From NCBI GenBank assembly GCA_964527755.1, contig CAZGOL010000002.1, positions 1-42,272 on the forward strand: a stretch of DNA of 42,272 nucleotides. Reading direction: 5' to 3'. The stretch is from an uncultured Ottowia sp. (lineage in GTDB: Bacteria; Pseudomonadota; Gammaproteobacteria; Burkholderiales; Burkholderiaceae_C). Shown here piece by piece: positions 28,392-38,101 of the stretch (within the stretch, counting starts at the first letter, position 1; the number at the start of each line of letters is the position of its first letter). A program made the translations under genes and the position numbers. A model generated the notes under the pieces. That model was not told where the DNA came from and ran no database searches. It worked only from the letters and a program-made list of their open reading frames with translations.

Positions 28392-28978
28392 GCGGTGGTT
28401 CCGGCGCCGCTCTGCGCGGCTTCGGCCTGCTCCTGCTCGGCCAGCAGTGCCGTGGCGAAGGCGGCCAGGTCGGCGTGCACGCGCGTGCGCGGCGGGTACT
28501 CGGCGGGCAGCAATTCGCCCTGCGGCGGCGCGCCCTTGCCGGTCAGCACCAGATGCGGAATGCAGCCGGCAGACTGCGCCGCCTGCACGTCGCGCACGCT
28601 GTCGCCCACCGCGTGGACCTGGGTCAGATCAACCTTGAAGCGCTCGCCGATTCGCAGGAACAGCCCCGGCAACGGTTTGCGGCAACTGCATGCCTCGTCG
28701 GGCGCGTGGGGGCAAAAAAAGATGGCTTCGACGCGGCCACCGACCGCCGCCAGCTGCCGGTTCATGCGCGCGTGAATGGCGTTGAGCGCCGCCATGTCGA
28801 ACAGGCCGCGCCCCAGGCCCGGCAGGTTGGCGGCAATCACCACGCGCCAGCCCGCTTCGTTCAGGCGCGCGATCGCGTCCAGCGCGCCCGGCAGCGGCTC
28901 CCAGTCGTCGGGTGATTGCAAAAAGCCCTCGCGCTCGACACAGATCGTGCCGTCGCGGTCGAGGATGGCCAGCTTCAT
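28388..28978 (-). CDS. gmhB: D-glycero-D-manno-heptose 1,7-bisphosphate phosphatase
   Basis: LDRDGT HAD motif, CPH...CSCRKP, VGDS.RD. Confidence 0.92.
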   Translation of the reverse strand: MKLAILDRDGTICVEREGFLQSPDDWEPLPGALDAIARLNEAGWRVVIAANLPGLGRGLFDMAALNAIHARMNRQLAAVGGRVEAIFFCPHAPDEACSCRKPLPGLFLRIGERFKVDLTQVHAVGDSVRDVQAAQSAGCIPHLVLTGKGAPPQGELLPAEYPPRTRVHADLAAFATALLAEQEQAEAAQSGAGTTA

Positions 28979-29025
28979 GGGCGGATTATCGGCGGGCCGT
29001 CGTCGGCGCGCGGGCGCCCGCTCGA

Positions 29026-31188
29026 TCAGCTTGCCAGCCGCGACAGATCGGCCACGCGGTTCATGGCCTGGTGCAGCATCGCCAGCAGGCCCAGCCGGTT
29101 CAGGCGCACCTCGGGTTGATCGACGTTGACCATCACGCCGTCGAAAAAGGCATCCACCGGCGCGCGCAGTGCGGCCAGCGCCTGCAGCGAGCCGGTGTAG
29201 TCCCCCGACTCGAAACGATCGTTCGCGCGCGGCACTACTTGCTGCATGGCCGCGTGCAGCGCGATCTCGGCGGGCTCGTGCAGCAGCGCCGGGTTGACGT
29301 GTGCATCGACGACGCCTTCGGACTCGGCCTTTTTCAGGATGTTGCCGATGCGCTTGTTGGCGGCGGCGAGGGCGGGGGCTTCGGGGAGTTGAGCGAAGGC
29401 GCGCACGGCGCGGATGCGTGCGGTCAACCCAACGATCTCTTCCAGAAAGGCCTCGGTAGCGCCGGCTGGCGGTGCGAGTACCGCATCCACCTCGGCGAAG
29501 GTAAACCCTTCCTCACGGAGAGCACCCGCGAGACGATCGCGCAAGAAGTCGTCAAGCGCCGCGGTCGCCCGACCCACATCGAAAGCTGCAATGCCTGCGA
29601 ACGCACGACATGCGGTTTGAATGAGTTGGTCGATACCGAGCGCGATCTGCTTCTCGCGCAGCATCCGAATCACCCCCAGCGCATGCCGCCGCAGCGCAAA
29701 CGGGTCCTTGTCGCCCGTGGGCAGGTTGCCGATGCCGAACATGCCGACCAGGGTTTCCAGCTTGTCGGCCAGCGCCACCACGGTGCCGACGTCGCCGCGC
29801 GGCAGTTCGTCGCCGGCAAAGCGCGGCTTGTAGTGGTCTTCGATCGCGAAGGCGATCTCTTCGCTCAAACCATCGTGGCGCGCGTAGTAGCGGCCCATGA
29901 CGCCCTGCAGCTCGGGGAACTCGCCCACCATGTCGGTCAGCAGATCGGCCTTGGCCAGCATGGCAGCCTGGTCGGCGGCCTGGGCCAGTACCTCGCCACC
30001 GAGCTGCTGGCCAATCGCCCGGGCGATGGCGCGCACGCGCTCGGTGCGTTCGCCCTGCGTGCCCAGCTTGTTGTGGTAGACCACCTGAGCCAGTTGCGGC
30101 ACGCGCGATTCAAGCGTCTTCTTGCGGTCCTGCTCGAAGAAGAACTTGGCATCCTGCAGGCGCGGGCGCACCACGCGCTCGTTGCCCTGGATCACGGCGC
30201 TGGCGTCGTCGGGGCTGATGTTGCTGACCACGAGAAACCGGTGCGTGAGCCTGCCAGCCGCATCCAGCAGCGGGAAGTACTTCTGGTTGGCCTTCATCGT
30301 CAGGATCAGGCATTCCTGCGGCACATCGAGAAAAGCCGGGTCGAACTGGCACACCAGCACGTTGGGGCGCTCGACCAGCGCCGTCACCTCGTCCAGCAGG
30401 GCTTCGTCTTCGATGGCCACCAGCGCGGGTCCGGCCTGCGCGGCCGCCGCCTGAAGCTGCGACTGGATGAGCGAGCGGCGCTCGTCGAAGGAGGCGATCA
30501 CGGCTCCCGACTCGCGCAGGGTGTCGGCGTAGCGGTCGGCGTGGGCGATCTCGATCGGATCGATGCGCGCCTCGAAGCGGTGACCGTGCGTGCTGCGCCC
30601 GGCGTTCAGGCCCAGCGTCGTCACCGGCACCACCGCGGCGCCGTGCAGCGCCACCAGACGGTGCGCCGGGCGCACGAACTGCACGCTGTCCCAACCGGGC
30701 AGTGGCGTGCCCTGGTGCAGCTGGTAGGTCATGACCTTGGGGATCGGCAGGTGCGTGATGGCCTCGTGCAGCGCCTTTTGCAGCGCGTCGGCCAGCGTTG
30801 CGCCCGGCTGGACACTGTCCAGGTACAAGGCCTCGGCCTTGCCGTCCATGGCGCGCTGCAACCTGGGCACCACCGCCGCATTGGCGCCCAGCGCCTGGAG
30901 CTTTTTCAACAGTGCGGGGGTGGGCTGGCCGGTGGCGTCCAGCGCCACGCTGATGGGCATCAGCTTTTGTCGCACGGCGCGGTCGGCGGCCCGCGCGGGT
31001 ACGTGCGAGACGTGCACGGCCAGGCGGCGCGGGGTGGCGTAGGCGGTGGCGCGGGAGTCCCCGGTGGCCAGGCCCTGAGCCGCGAGCTGCTCGAACAGCC
31101 GGTGCGCGAACGCCTCGCCCAATTTCTTCAGGGCCTTGGGCGGAAGCTCCTCGACGAACAGCTCGACCAGCAGGTTTTCCATGCCCAT
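29026..31188 (-). CDS. glyS: Glycine-tRNA ligase beta subunit
   Basis: LLVELFVEELPP, TPRRLAV, GNERVVRPRL, EFPELQG, DPFALRR; start 31188 or 31182. Confidence 0.97.
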   Translation of the reverse strand: MGMENLLVELFVEELPPKALKKLGEAFAHRLFEQLAAQGLATGDSRATAYATPRRLAVHVSHVPARAADRAVRQKLMPISVALDATGQPTPALLKKLQALGANAAVVPRLQRAMDGKAEALYLDSVQPGATLADALQKALHEAITHLPIPKVMTYQLHQGTPLPGWDSVQFVRPAHRLVALHGAAVVPVTTLGLNAGRSTHGHRFEARIDPIEIAHADRYADTLRESGAVIASFDERRSLIQSQLQAAAAQAGPALVAIEDEALLDEVTALVERPNVLVCQFDPAFLDVPQECLILTMKANQKYFPLLDAAGRLTHRFLVVSNISPDDASAVIQGNERVVRPRLQDAKFFFEQDRKKTLESRVPQLAQVVYHNKLGTQGERTERVRAIARAIGQQLGGEVLAQAADQAAMLAKADLLTDMVGEFPELQGVMGRYYARHDGLSEEIAFAIEDHYKPRFAGDELPRGDVGTVVALADKLETLVGMFGIGNLPTGDKDPFALRRHALGVIRMLREKQIALGIDQLIQTACRAFAGIAAFDVGRATAALDDFLRDRLAGALREEGFTFAEVDAVLAPPAGATEAFLEEIVGLTARIRAVRAFAQLPEAPALAAANKRIGNILKKAESEGVVDAHVNPALLHEPAEIALHAAMQQVVPRANDRFESGDYTGSLQALAALRAPVDAFFDGVMVNVDQPEVRLNRLGLLAMLHQAMNRVADLSRLAS

Positions 31189-31202
31189 GGTGTCCGGATC
31201 CT

Positions 31203-32108
31203 TCACGCTGCCCTGGGGGCGACCTGCGCCACCCACTCGCGTGGCGCCAGCGGGAATCCAAGGCGCTCGCGGCTGTCGTAGTAGCTGGCTGCGACGGCGC
31301 GAGCCAGGGCCCGGATGCGACCGATGTAGGCGGCGCGCTCGGTCACGCTGATGGCGCCGCGTGCGTCCAGCAGGTTGAAGCCGTGCGCGGCCTTGAGCAC
31401 CTGCTCGTAAGCGGGCAGCGCGAGCTGGCGCTCGATCAGGTGCCTGGCCTGCCGCTCGTGCGCGTCGAAGGCGGTGAACAGGAAGGCGGCGTCGCTGTGC
31501 TCGAAGTTGTAGCTCGACTGCTCGACCTCGTTCTGGTGGTACACGTCGCCGTAGGTCAGGCCGGGCGTCCACGTGAGGTCATAGACGTTGTCCACGCCCT
31601 GCAGATACATCGCCAGGCGCTCCAGGCCGTAGGTGATTTCGCCGGTGGCGGGGCGACAGTCGATGCCGCCAACCTGCTGGAAATAGGTGAACTGGGTCAC
31701 CTCCATGCCGTTGAGCCACACCTCCCAACCCAGGCCCCAGGCGCCCAGCGTGGGATTCTCCCAGTCGTCCTCGACGAAGCGGATGTCGTTTTTCTTCAGG
31801 TCGAACCCCAGCGCCTGCAGGCTGCCCAGGTACAGCTCCAGGATGTTGTCGGGCGCGGGCTTGAGTACCACCTGGTACTGGTAGTAGTGCTGCAGCCGGT
31901 TGGGGTTGTCGCCGTAGCGGCCATCCTTGGGGCGGCGGCTGGGCTGCACGTAGGCCGCCTTCCAGGGCTCGGGGCCGATGGCGCGCAGGAACGTGGCGGT
32001 GTGCGACGTGCCGGCACCCACTTCCATGTCATAAGGCTGCAACAATGCGCAGCCTTGGGCACCCCAGTATTGCTGAAGCTGGAGAATGACTTGCTGGAAG
32101 GTGAGCAT
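31203..32108 (-). CDS. glyQ: Glycine-tRNA ligase alpha subunit
   Basis: [40 protein letters not shown]. Confidence 0.98.
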   Translation of the reverse strand: MLTFQQVILQLQQYWGAQGCALLQPYDMEVGAGTSHTATFLRAIGPEPWKAAYVQPSRRPKDGRYGDNPNRLQHYYQYQVVLKPAPDNILELYLGSLQALGFDLKKNDIRFVEDDWENPTLGAWGLGWEVWLNGMEVTQFTYFQQVGGIDCRPATGEITYGLERLAMYLQGVDNVYDLTWTPGLTYGDVYHQNEVEQSSYNFEHSDAAFLFTAFDAHERQARHLIERQLALPAYEQVLKAAHGFNLLDARGAISVTERAAYIGRIRALARAVAASYYDSRERLGFPLAPREWVAQVAPRAA

Positions 32109-32144
32109 GGCGGGCGGGTCGATGGCAACCCGTCATTTTATCGA

Positions 32145-32207
32145 TTCGATCAAAAACCGGCGTCGGGGCTTTATGGACAAGCCCAGCCAACTATCGTTTT
32201 GATAGTC
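32145..32207 (+). repeat. ~64 bp intergenic palindromic repeat, copy 3
   Basis: GGGCTT-TATGGA-CAAGCCC...ACTATC-GTTTT-GATAGT, two hairpins, immediately after the fabB stop. Confidence 0.65.
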
Positions 32208-32209
32208 AA

Positions 32210-33427
32210 TCAGTCCCAGTGCCGCAACACCAGGCAGGCGTTGGTGCCGCCGAAGCCGAAGCTGTTGGACAGCACGGTGCGCAAGCGCGCCTCGCGCGTG
32301 CGGGTGACCAGCGGCATGCCATCCAGCAGTGGATCGGGGGTTTCAACGTTGACCGAACCGGCAATGAAACCCTGGCGCATCATGATCAGGCAGTAGATCA
32401 CCTCTTGCACGCCGGTGGCTCCCAGTGAGTGGCCGGTGAGCGACTTGGTGCTGGAGAACGGCGGCACCGCGTCGCCGAACACCGCCTTCATGGCACGCAC
32501 TTCCTGCATGTCGCCCACGGGCGTGGACGTGCCGTGGGTGTTGATGTAGTCGATCGGGCCGTCCACGGTCTCCAGCGCCTGGCGCATGCAGGCGATGGCG
32601 CCTTCGCCCGAGGGCGCGACCATGTCCTCGCCGTCACTGGTGGCGCCAAAGCCCGTCACCTCGGCCAGGATGGTGGCGCCGCGCGCCTGCGCGTGCTCCA
32701 GGCTCTCCAGCACCACCGCGCCGCCGCCGCCGGCCAGCACGAAGCCGTCGCGGTTGATGTCGTAGGCGCGCGAGGCCTTCTCGGGCGTGGCGTTGTACTT
32801 GCTGGACATCGCGCCCATGCCGTCGAACAGCAGCGCCATGCCCCAGGACAGCTCCTCGCCGCCGCCGGCGAACACCACGTCCTGCAGGCCCCAGGCGATC
32901 TGCTGCGCTGCCGCGCCGATGCAGTGCGCCGAGGTCGAGCAGGCCGAGGTGATGGAGTAGTTGATCCCCTTGACCTTGAAGTTGGTCGCGAGACAGGCCG
33001 ACACGGTGGAGCTCATGCAGCGCGTGACCTGGTAGGGGCCGACGCGGCGGATGCCCTTCTCGCGCAGCGTGTCGGCCGCCTCGATCTGGTTGGCCGGCGA
33101 GCCGCCGCCCGAGCCCATGATGAGGCCGGTGCGCGGGTGGCTGACCTGCCCGGGCGTGAGGCCCGCCTGCCGGATGGCGTCTTCCAGCGCAATCTGGGCA
33201 TAGGCCGCCGCATCGCCCATGAAGCGCGACTGCTTGCGGTCGATGCGCGCCTCGATGTCGATCTCGGGCACGCCGGCGACCTGACTGCGCAGGCCAAGCT
33301 CGCTGAACCGGGGCACCGCGCGGATGCCGCTGCGGCCTTCGCGCAGCGCGGTCTCGACCGTCTGCAGGTCGTTGCCGATGCACGAGACGATGCCCGCGCC
33401 CGTGATCACCACCCGCTTCGTGTTCAT
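32210..33427 (-). CDS. fabB: Beta-ketoacyl-ACP synthase I
   Basis: [49 protein letters not shown]; coupled to fabA. Confidence 0.93.
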   Translation of the reverse strand: MNTKRVVITGAGIVSCIGNDLQTVETALREGRSGIRAVPRFSELGLRSQVAGVPEIDIEARIDRKQSRFMGDAAAYAQIALEDAIRQAGLTPGQVSHPRTGLIMGSGGGSPANQIEAADTLREKGIRRVGPYQVTRCMSSTVSACLATNFKVKGINYSITSACSTSAHCIGAAAQQIAWGLQDVVFAGGGEELSWGMALLFDGMGAMSSKYNATPEKASRAYDINRDGFVLAGGGGAVVLESLEHAQARGATILAEVTGFGATSDGEDMVAPSGEGAIACMRQALETVDGPIDYINTHGTSTPVGDMQEVRAMKAVFGDAVPPFSSTKSLTGHSLGATGVQEVIYCLIMMRQGFIAGSVNVETPDPLLDGMPLVTRTREARLRTVLSNSFGFGGTNACLVLRHWD

Positions 33428-33948
33428 GCCTGCGTGTCCTTGCCGCCCCCATCGCGCAGGAACAGACCCACGCGCAGGTCGTTGGCGGCATAAATCTCCT
33501 TGCCGTCAGCCAGCAGGCGCGCGTCGCCGATCGCCATGTTCAGCTTGCGGCGCACCACGCGCTTGATGTCGATATCGTAAGTCACCCGCTTGACGTTGGG
33601 GCCCACTTCACCGGTGAATTTCACTTCGCCGGCACCCAGCGCGCGTCCGCGCCCCGGCAGGCGCAGCCAGGTGAGATAGAAGCCGATCAGCTGCCACATC
33701 GCGTCCAGCCCGAGGCAGCCGGGCATCACCGGGTCGCCCTGGAAGTGGCAGTCGAAGAACCACAGGTCGGGTCGCACGTCGAGCTCGGCCACGATCTTTC
33801 CCAGGCCATGCGCACCGCCCTCGCTGTCGATGTGGGTGATGCGATCGAACATCAGCATGGGCGGCAGCGGCAGGCGGCCGCTGTCGGGCCCGAACAGGCG
33901 CCCCTCGCCGGATGCGATCAGTTGCTCGTAGGAAAAGGACTCGACCAT
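33424..33948 (-). CDS. fabA: 3-hydroxydecanoyl-ACP dehydratase/isomerase
   Basis: [37 protein letters not shown] (FabA Asp), GRGRALG. Confidence 0.94.
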   Translation of the reverse strand: MVESFSYEQLIASGEGRLFGPDSGRLPLPPMLMFDRITHIDSEGGAHGLGKIVAELDVRPDLWFFDCHFQGDPVMPGCLGLDAMWQLIGFYLTWLRLPGRGRALGAGEVKFTGEVGPNVKRVTYDIDIKRVVRRKLNMAIGDARLLADGKEIYAANDLRVGLFLRDGGGKDTQA

Positions 33949-33970
33949 AGGGGGCCAATTGTGCATCAGG

Positions 33971-33990
33971 GGCGCGCGGCAACGCGCGCC
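33971..33990. other. Perfect GC hairpin between lnt and fabA
   Basis: GGCGCGCG-GCAA-CGCGCGCC; no U-tract. Confidence 0.45.
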
Positions 33991-33996
33991 GGCGCT

Positions 33997-35616
33997 TCAG
34001 CCGCGCGGCCGCCGCGTCAGGTGCACGAGAACCACCAGCAGGCAGCCGATCCACAGTGGCCACAGTCCGGTCCGCGCGACCCACCTGGCGTAGGGCGTGA
34101 TGTGCGTGCGTCCCTCGAAGGTTCCCTTCAGCACGCCGCGGGTCAGGCGGGGCAGCCGGTGGGTCACCTCGCCGCGAGGATCGATGATGGCCGTCGCGCC
34201 GGTGTTGGTGGCGCGCAGCACGCTGCGCTCGAATTCCAGCGCCCGCATGCGGCTGATGGCCAGATGCTGATCGATGGCCACCGTGTCGCCGAACCAGGCG
34301 ATGTTGCTCAGGTTGACCAGCGCCGTCGGGGCGCGCGCCGCGTCGGCGAATGACACCGCCAGTTCCTCGCCGAACAGGTCTTCATAGCAGATGTTCGGCG
34401 CCAGGCGCTGGCCCCGCCAGGCGAACGTCGCCTGACCCAGCGGGCCGCGCTCGAAGTCGCCCAGCGGAATGTTCATCAGGTTGGTGAACCAGCGAAACAG
34501 CGGCGGGATGAACTCGCCGAACGGCACCAGGTGGTGCTTGTCGTACCGGTAGGGCACGGCCTGTCCAGGCGCCAGCCCGATGGCCGAGTTGGTGTAGCCC
34601 GCCTGGCTGTCGCCCAGCGGCATGCCCAGCAGCGCCGCCTGCCCCGGGCGGGCGTAGCGCGCCGCCAGCGCGCTCCAGTAGCCTTCGGGCAGCTGGTGCG
34701 GCAGCACGGGCAGGGCGGTCTCTGGCGCCAGCACCAACGGCGCGGTGTTGGCCTGCAACTGCTCGCCGTACCAGCGCAGCGACTCGGTGATGCCGGTGCC
34801 GACCACGAACTTCTCGTCCTGCGGGATGTTGCCCTGCAGCAGCGCGACCTCGCCGATCAGCGGACTGGGTGCGCCCGCCGCGGTGCACCCGCCGAGATCG
34901 CAATGGCGCCAGCCCCACAGGCCGGCGCCAGCCACCAGCAGAACCAGCGCGGTGGCCAGTGTGCGCGTCGATTGCCAGCGTACGCGTGGCGCCAGGACCA
35001 GCAGCGCCGCCAGCGCTGCCGCCACGAAACCGACGCCGTACACGCCGACGTAGCGTGCCAGCAGCGCCAGCGGCCCGTCGACGTGCGCGTAGCCGCCCGC
35101 GCCCCAGGGAAAGCCGCTCAGCCATTGCCCGCGCGCCAGCTCGGCCAGAGTCCACAGGGCGGCGAACGCGAGCGCCGACAGCACCGGTCGGCGCGCGAGC
35201 ACGCGCGGATTGGCCAACGCGCTGAAGGCGGCGCCGGCGCCCGCGTAGTACAGCGCCAGCAGGCCCGCCAGCGCCAGCACGGCGCCGACCGCCAGCGGGG
35301 CGTTCAGCCCGCCGTAGGTGTGCATCGAGATGAACAGCCACCAGAACGTGCCGGCCAGCCAGCCGAGGGCGAACAGCCAGGCCAACAGCAGCGCGCGCCG
35401 CCACGGGATGCCGGTTTCGCGCTGCACCCAGGTGCTGGCGCTCCACGACACCTGGCGCTCGGCGCGGTGGATGAGTTGCCACACCAGCCACGCCAGGCTC
35501 AGGACCTGCAGCCACCAGTGCGGCTGACCGCTCCACGGGTCGGCGATCGACAGTGCCTGCGCCACGCCGGCCAGCAGTGCCGCGGGGGGCGAGGCCAGCC
35601 AGTGGACGAGGCGCAT
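33997..35616 (-). CDS. lnt: Apolipoprotein N-acyltransferase
   Basis: GFPWG, LQGNIPQ, PETA, YDKHHLVPFGEF, ICYEDLF, RATNTG. Confidence 0.96.
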   Translation of the reverse strand: MRLVHWLASPPAALLAGVAQALSIADPWSGQPHWWLQVLSLAWLVWQLIHRAERQVSWSASTWVQRETGIPWRRALLLAWLFALGWLAGTFWWLFISMHTYGGLNAPLAVGAVLALAGLLALYYAGAGAAFSALANPRVLARRPVLSALAFAALWTLAELARGQWLSGFPWGAGGYAHVDGPLALLARYVGVYGVGFVAAALAALLVLAPRVRWQSTRTLATALVLLVAGAGLWGWRHCDLGGCTAAGAPSPLIGEVALLQGNIPQDEKFVVGTGITESLRWYGEQLQANTAPLVLAPETALPVLPHQLPEGYWSALAARYARPGQAALLGMPLGDSQAGYTNSAIGLAPGQAVPYRYDKHHLVPFGEFIPPLFRWFTNLMNIPLGDFERGPLGQATFAWRGQRLAPNICYEDLFGEELAVSFADAARAPTALVNLSNIAWFGDTVAIDQHLAISRMRALEFERSVLRATNTGATAIIDPRGEVTHRLPRLTRGVLKGTFEGRTHITPYARWVARTGLWPLWIGCLLVVLVHLTRRPRG

Positions 35617-36494
35617 CAGTGGGTGTCTGGCTGCGTGCGCGACACCTTGAACCAGCGCACCGCGCCGCCTTTGGTGTGCAGCACCACGAAATCCAGCCCG
35701 CCCAGGCTGAAGCGCTCGCCACGGCTGGGCACATGGCCCATCTCGTGCGCGATGAGGCCGCCGATGGTGTCGAACTCGACATCCAGGTCGCTGTCCGGGT
35801 CGACCCCCAGTTCGACATCGAACGCCTGGTTGACGCGCTCGAGCGGCGTGTTGCCGGCCACCCGCCAGGTGCGGTCGGCCAGCGCGAAGATGTCGCCCTC
35901 GTCGGTCTCGATGTCGAACTCGTCCTCGATCTCGCCGACGATCTCCTCCAGCACGTCCTCGATCGTCACCAGCCCGGCGGTGCGCCCGAACTCGTCGACC
36001 ACGATCGCCAGGTGGTTGCGGTTGGCCCGGAATTCGCGCAGCAAATCGTTCAGGCCCTTGCTCTCGGGGATGAACACCGGCGGCCGCAGCAGGGTGCGCA
36101 GGTTCAGCTCGGGCGCGCGCTGCAGCTTGAGCAGGTCCTTGGCCAGCAAAATGCCGATGATGTTCTCGCGCTCGCCCTGAAACACCGGAAAGCGCGAGTG
36201 CGCGGTGGTGATGACCTGGCGCAGCAGTTCTTCATACGGTGCGTCGATGTCCAGCAAGTCCATGCGGGGGGCCGCCACCATCACGTCGCCCGCACTCTGG
36301 TCCGACAGGCGCAGCACGCCCTCGAGCATGACGCGGCTTTCGGCGTCGATCAGCGATTTGTCCTCGGCCTCGGCCAGGGTCTCGATCAGCTCGTCGGTGG
36401 AGTCGGGCCCGGGGCGGATGAACTCGATCAGCTTGCGCAGCAGGCTGCGCTTGTCTTCGCGCTCCGCGGGGCGCGCAGGGTAGGGGTCGGGCAA
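35616..36494 (-). CDS. corC: CorC/HlyC CBS-pair Mg/Co transport-associated protein
   Basis: HSRFPV, LLAKDLL, HLAIVVDEFG, TIEDVLEEIVGEIEDEFD; start TTG 36494 inferred. Confidence 0.9.
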   Translation of the reverse strand: MPDPYPARPAEREDKRSLLRKLIEFIRPGPDSTDELIETLAEAEDKSLIDAESRVMLEGVLRLSDQSAGDVMVAAPRMDLLDIDAPYEELLRQVITTAHSRFPVFQGERENIIGILLAKDLLKLQRAPELNLRTLLRPPVFIPESKGLNDLLREFRANRNHLAIVVDEFGRTAGLVTIEDVLEEIVGEIEDEFDIETDEGDIFALADRTWRVAGNTPLERVNQAFDVELGVDPDSDLDVEFDTIGGLIAHEMGHVPSRGERFSLGGLDFVVLHTKGGAVRWFKVSRTQPDTH

Positions 36495-36576
36495 GGTTGG
36501 TGGGTGCAGGACGTGCGGTGGTTGCGTGCACCGGAGGATAGCGGAACTGCCGGAACCACCGCAACGCAGGGTGGGT

Positions 36577-37275
36577 TCAGCGCGGGTGCGAACCGCCGTC
36601 CCGGCCGCCACGGCGCCGGCGCGCCTGCTGCAGGGGGTCGACCGCGCCGCGCAGCACCGCGGCCTCGCTCTTGAGCCAGTAGTCCACCTGGCCCACCTGC
36701 TCGGCCACCAGTTGATCGAGCACGCTGCGAAAACTCGCCGCCGGCAGGCGCACGCGCGCCTGGCTTTCGGGGCCCGCGCGCTCGATGACCGCGCCGGCGC
36801 GCTGGGCGATGCGCAGCATGGCCACGTTCTCGCTCAGCGCGTAGATGTACAGCGTGCCGATGCCACGGTTGACCGCATGCACCGCGGCGCGCTCGAACAG
36901 CAGGCGGCCGTACCCGCGCCCGCGGGCGTGGGGCGACACGGACACGCCGAACTCGGCGCTGCGCACCTGCGCGTAGTCCAGCGGGTGCGCCAGATGGGCC
37001 ATCGCGATCAGTTCGAGCTTACGGTTGAAGATGCCGAACACCTGGTCGCGCTCGAAGTCGATGCCGGCCACGTAGGCGCTCAACTGCTCGTCGGTGGCGG
37101 CGTGTCCGAAGCGCAGGTAGCGGTCGTGCTCATCGAGGCCCACCAGGTGCCGCACGATCTGCGGGCGATAGCGGGCTCCGATCTCGCGGATCGGAACGCG
37201 CGGCGCCGAGGCGCGGGTGCGCGGTTGCGGGGCGGGCGAGGCCGCAGCGGGTTGCGGGTTGCCGAGGTTTTCCAT
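36577..37275 (-). CDS. GNAT family acetyltransferase
   Basis: DRYLRFG, AEFGVSV..HARGRGYG, ALSENVAML. Confidence 0.85.
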   Translation of the reverse strand: MENLGNPQPAAASPAPQPRTRASAPRVPIREIGARYRPQIVRHLVGLDEHDRYLRFGHAATDEQLSAYVAGIDFERDQVFGIFNRKLELIAMAHLAHPLDYAQVRSAEFGVSVSPHARGRGYGRLLFERAAVHAVNRGIGTLYIYALSENVAMLRIAQRAGAVIERAGPESQARVRLPAASFRSVLDQLVAEQVGQVDYWLKSEAAVLRGAVDPLQQARRRRGGRDGGSHPR

Positions 37276-37286
37276 GCACCCCAGTT

Positions 37287-37301
37287 TAGGGGTTAACCCT
37301 A
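37287..37301. promoter_or_regulatory. Palindrome TAGGGGTTAACCCTA upstream of the GNAT gene
   Basis: GGGTTAACCC perfect core, ~12 nt upstream of the ATG. Confidence 0.4.
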
Positions 37302-37404
37302 GAGTTGCCAGTCCAAACGGACCGGGATCCATGTCGGCGGGTGATTTGCTATCGATGCGATAGCTGTCATGGCTTGTCCGGTATCGACAAACGCCCAAAT
37401 GTGC

Positions 37405-37884
37405 TCAAAGCGGCAACGCCGTGGTGGATTTGACGCGGTCCATCACGAAGCTGGTCTTGCAGTCCTGCACGGCGGGGTGGCGCAGCAGCGTGTCCATCAT
37501 GAACCTGGAGTACGCGTTCATGTCGCGCACCACCAGCCGCAACTGGAAGTCCATTTCGCCGGTGAGCGCCATGCACTCCACCACTTCAGGCCACGCCTGC
37601 ACGCTGGCGCGGAACTCGTCCATCGGATTGCGCTTGCCGTGATCCTGGTGCTTTTCCAGCCGCACGGTGACGTAGGCCACCAGTCCCAGGCCCAGCGCCT
37701 CGGCACGCAGCAGGGCCACGTAACGCTCGATCACCCCGACCTGCTCGAGCCGCCGGATGCGCCGCAGCACGGCGCTGGCCGACAAGCCGACCTGATCGCC
37801 GATCGCCTCGCAGGTGTCGCGTCCATCCGCCTGCAGGCGCAGCAGGATCGCGCGGTCGAGTTTGTCGAGCGGGGGCTGGGTCAT
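37405..37884 (-). CDS. Lrp/AsnC family regulator
   Basis: LDKLDRAIL..LQADGR, VGLSASAVLRRIRRLE..GVI, PEVVEC..TGEMDF; divergent from hppD. Confidence 0.93.
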   Translation of the reverse strand: MTQPPLDKLDRAILLRLQADGRDTCEAIGDQVGLSASAVLRRIRRLEQVGVIERYVALLRAEALGLGLVAYVTVRLEKHQDHGKRNPMDEFRASVQAWPEVVECMALTGEMDFQLRLVVRDMNAYSRFMMDTLLRHPAVQDCKTSFVMDRVKSTTALPL

Positions 37885-38101
37885 CGTGGTGCGATCTTAG
37901 GGGGTATCGAAAATCATTGGGCCGGAATATCGCTGATTGGCCGGCTGCGGTGCACGACTTGCGCGCAATGCGCAGATGACGTGGCGTTTTCCTGCGCGAT
38001 TTTGCTTGACAAACATCAAGAACGCCAAAAAGCTGAACGGTATCCGGCCTACAGTGAACGATTCGCCATTTTTCCGGCGCGCACACGAAGGAGACCCCGC
38101 A

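Noticed and set aside
28912-31281. 789 aa plus-strand ORF
   Set aside because: Antisense shadow of glyS
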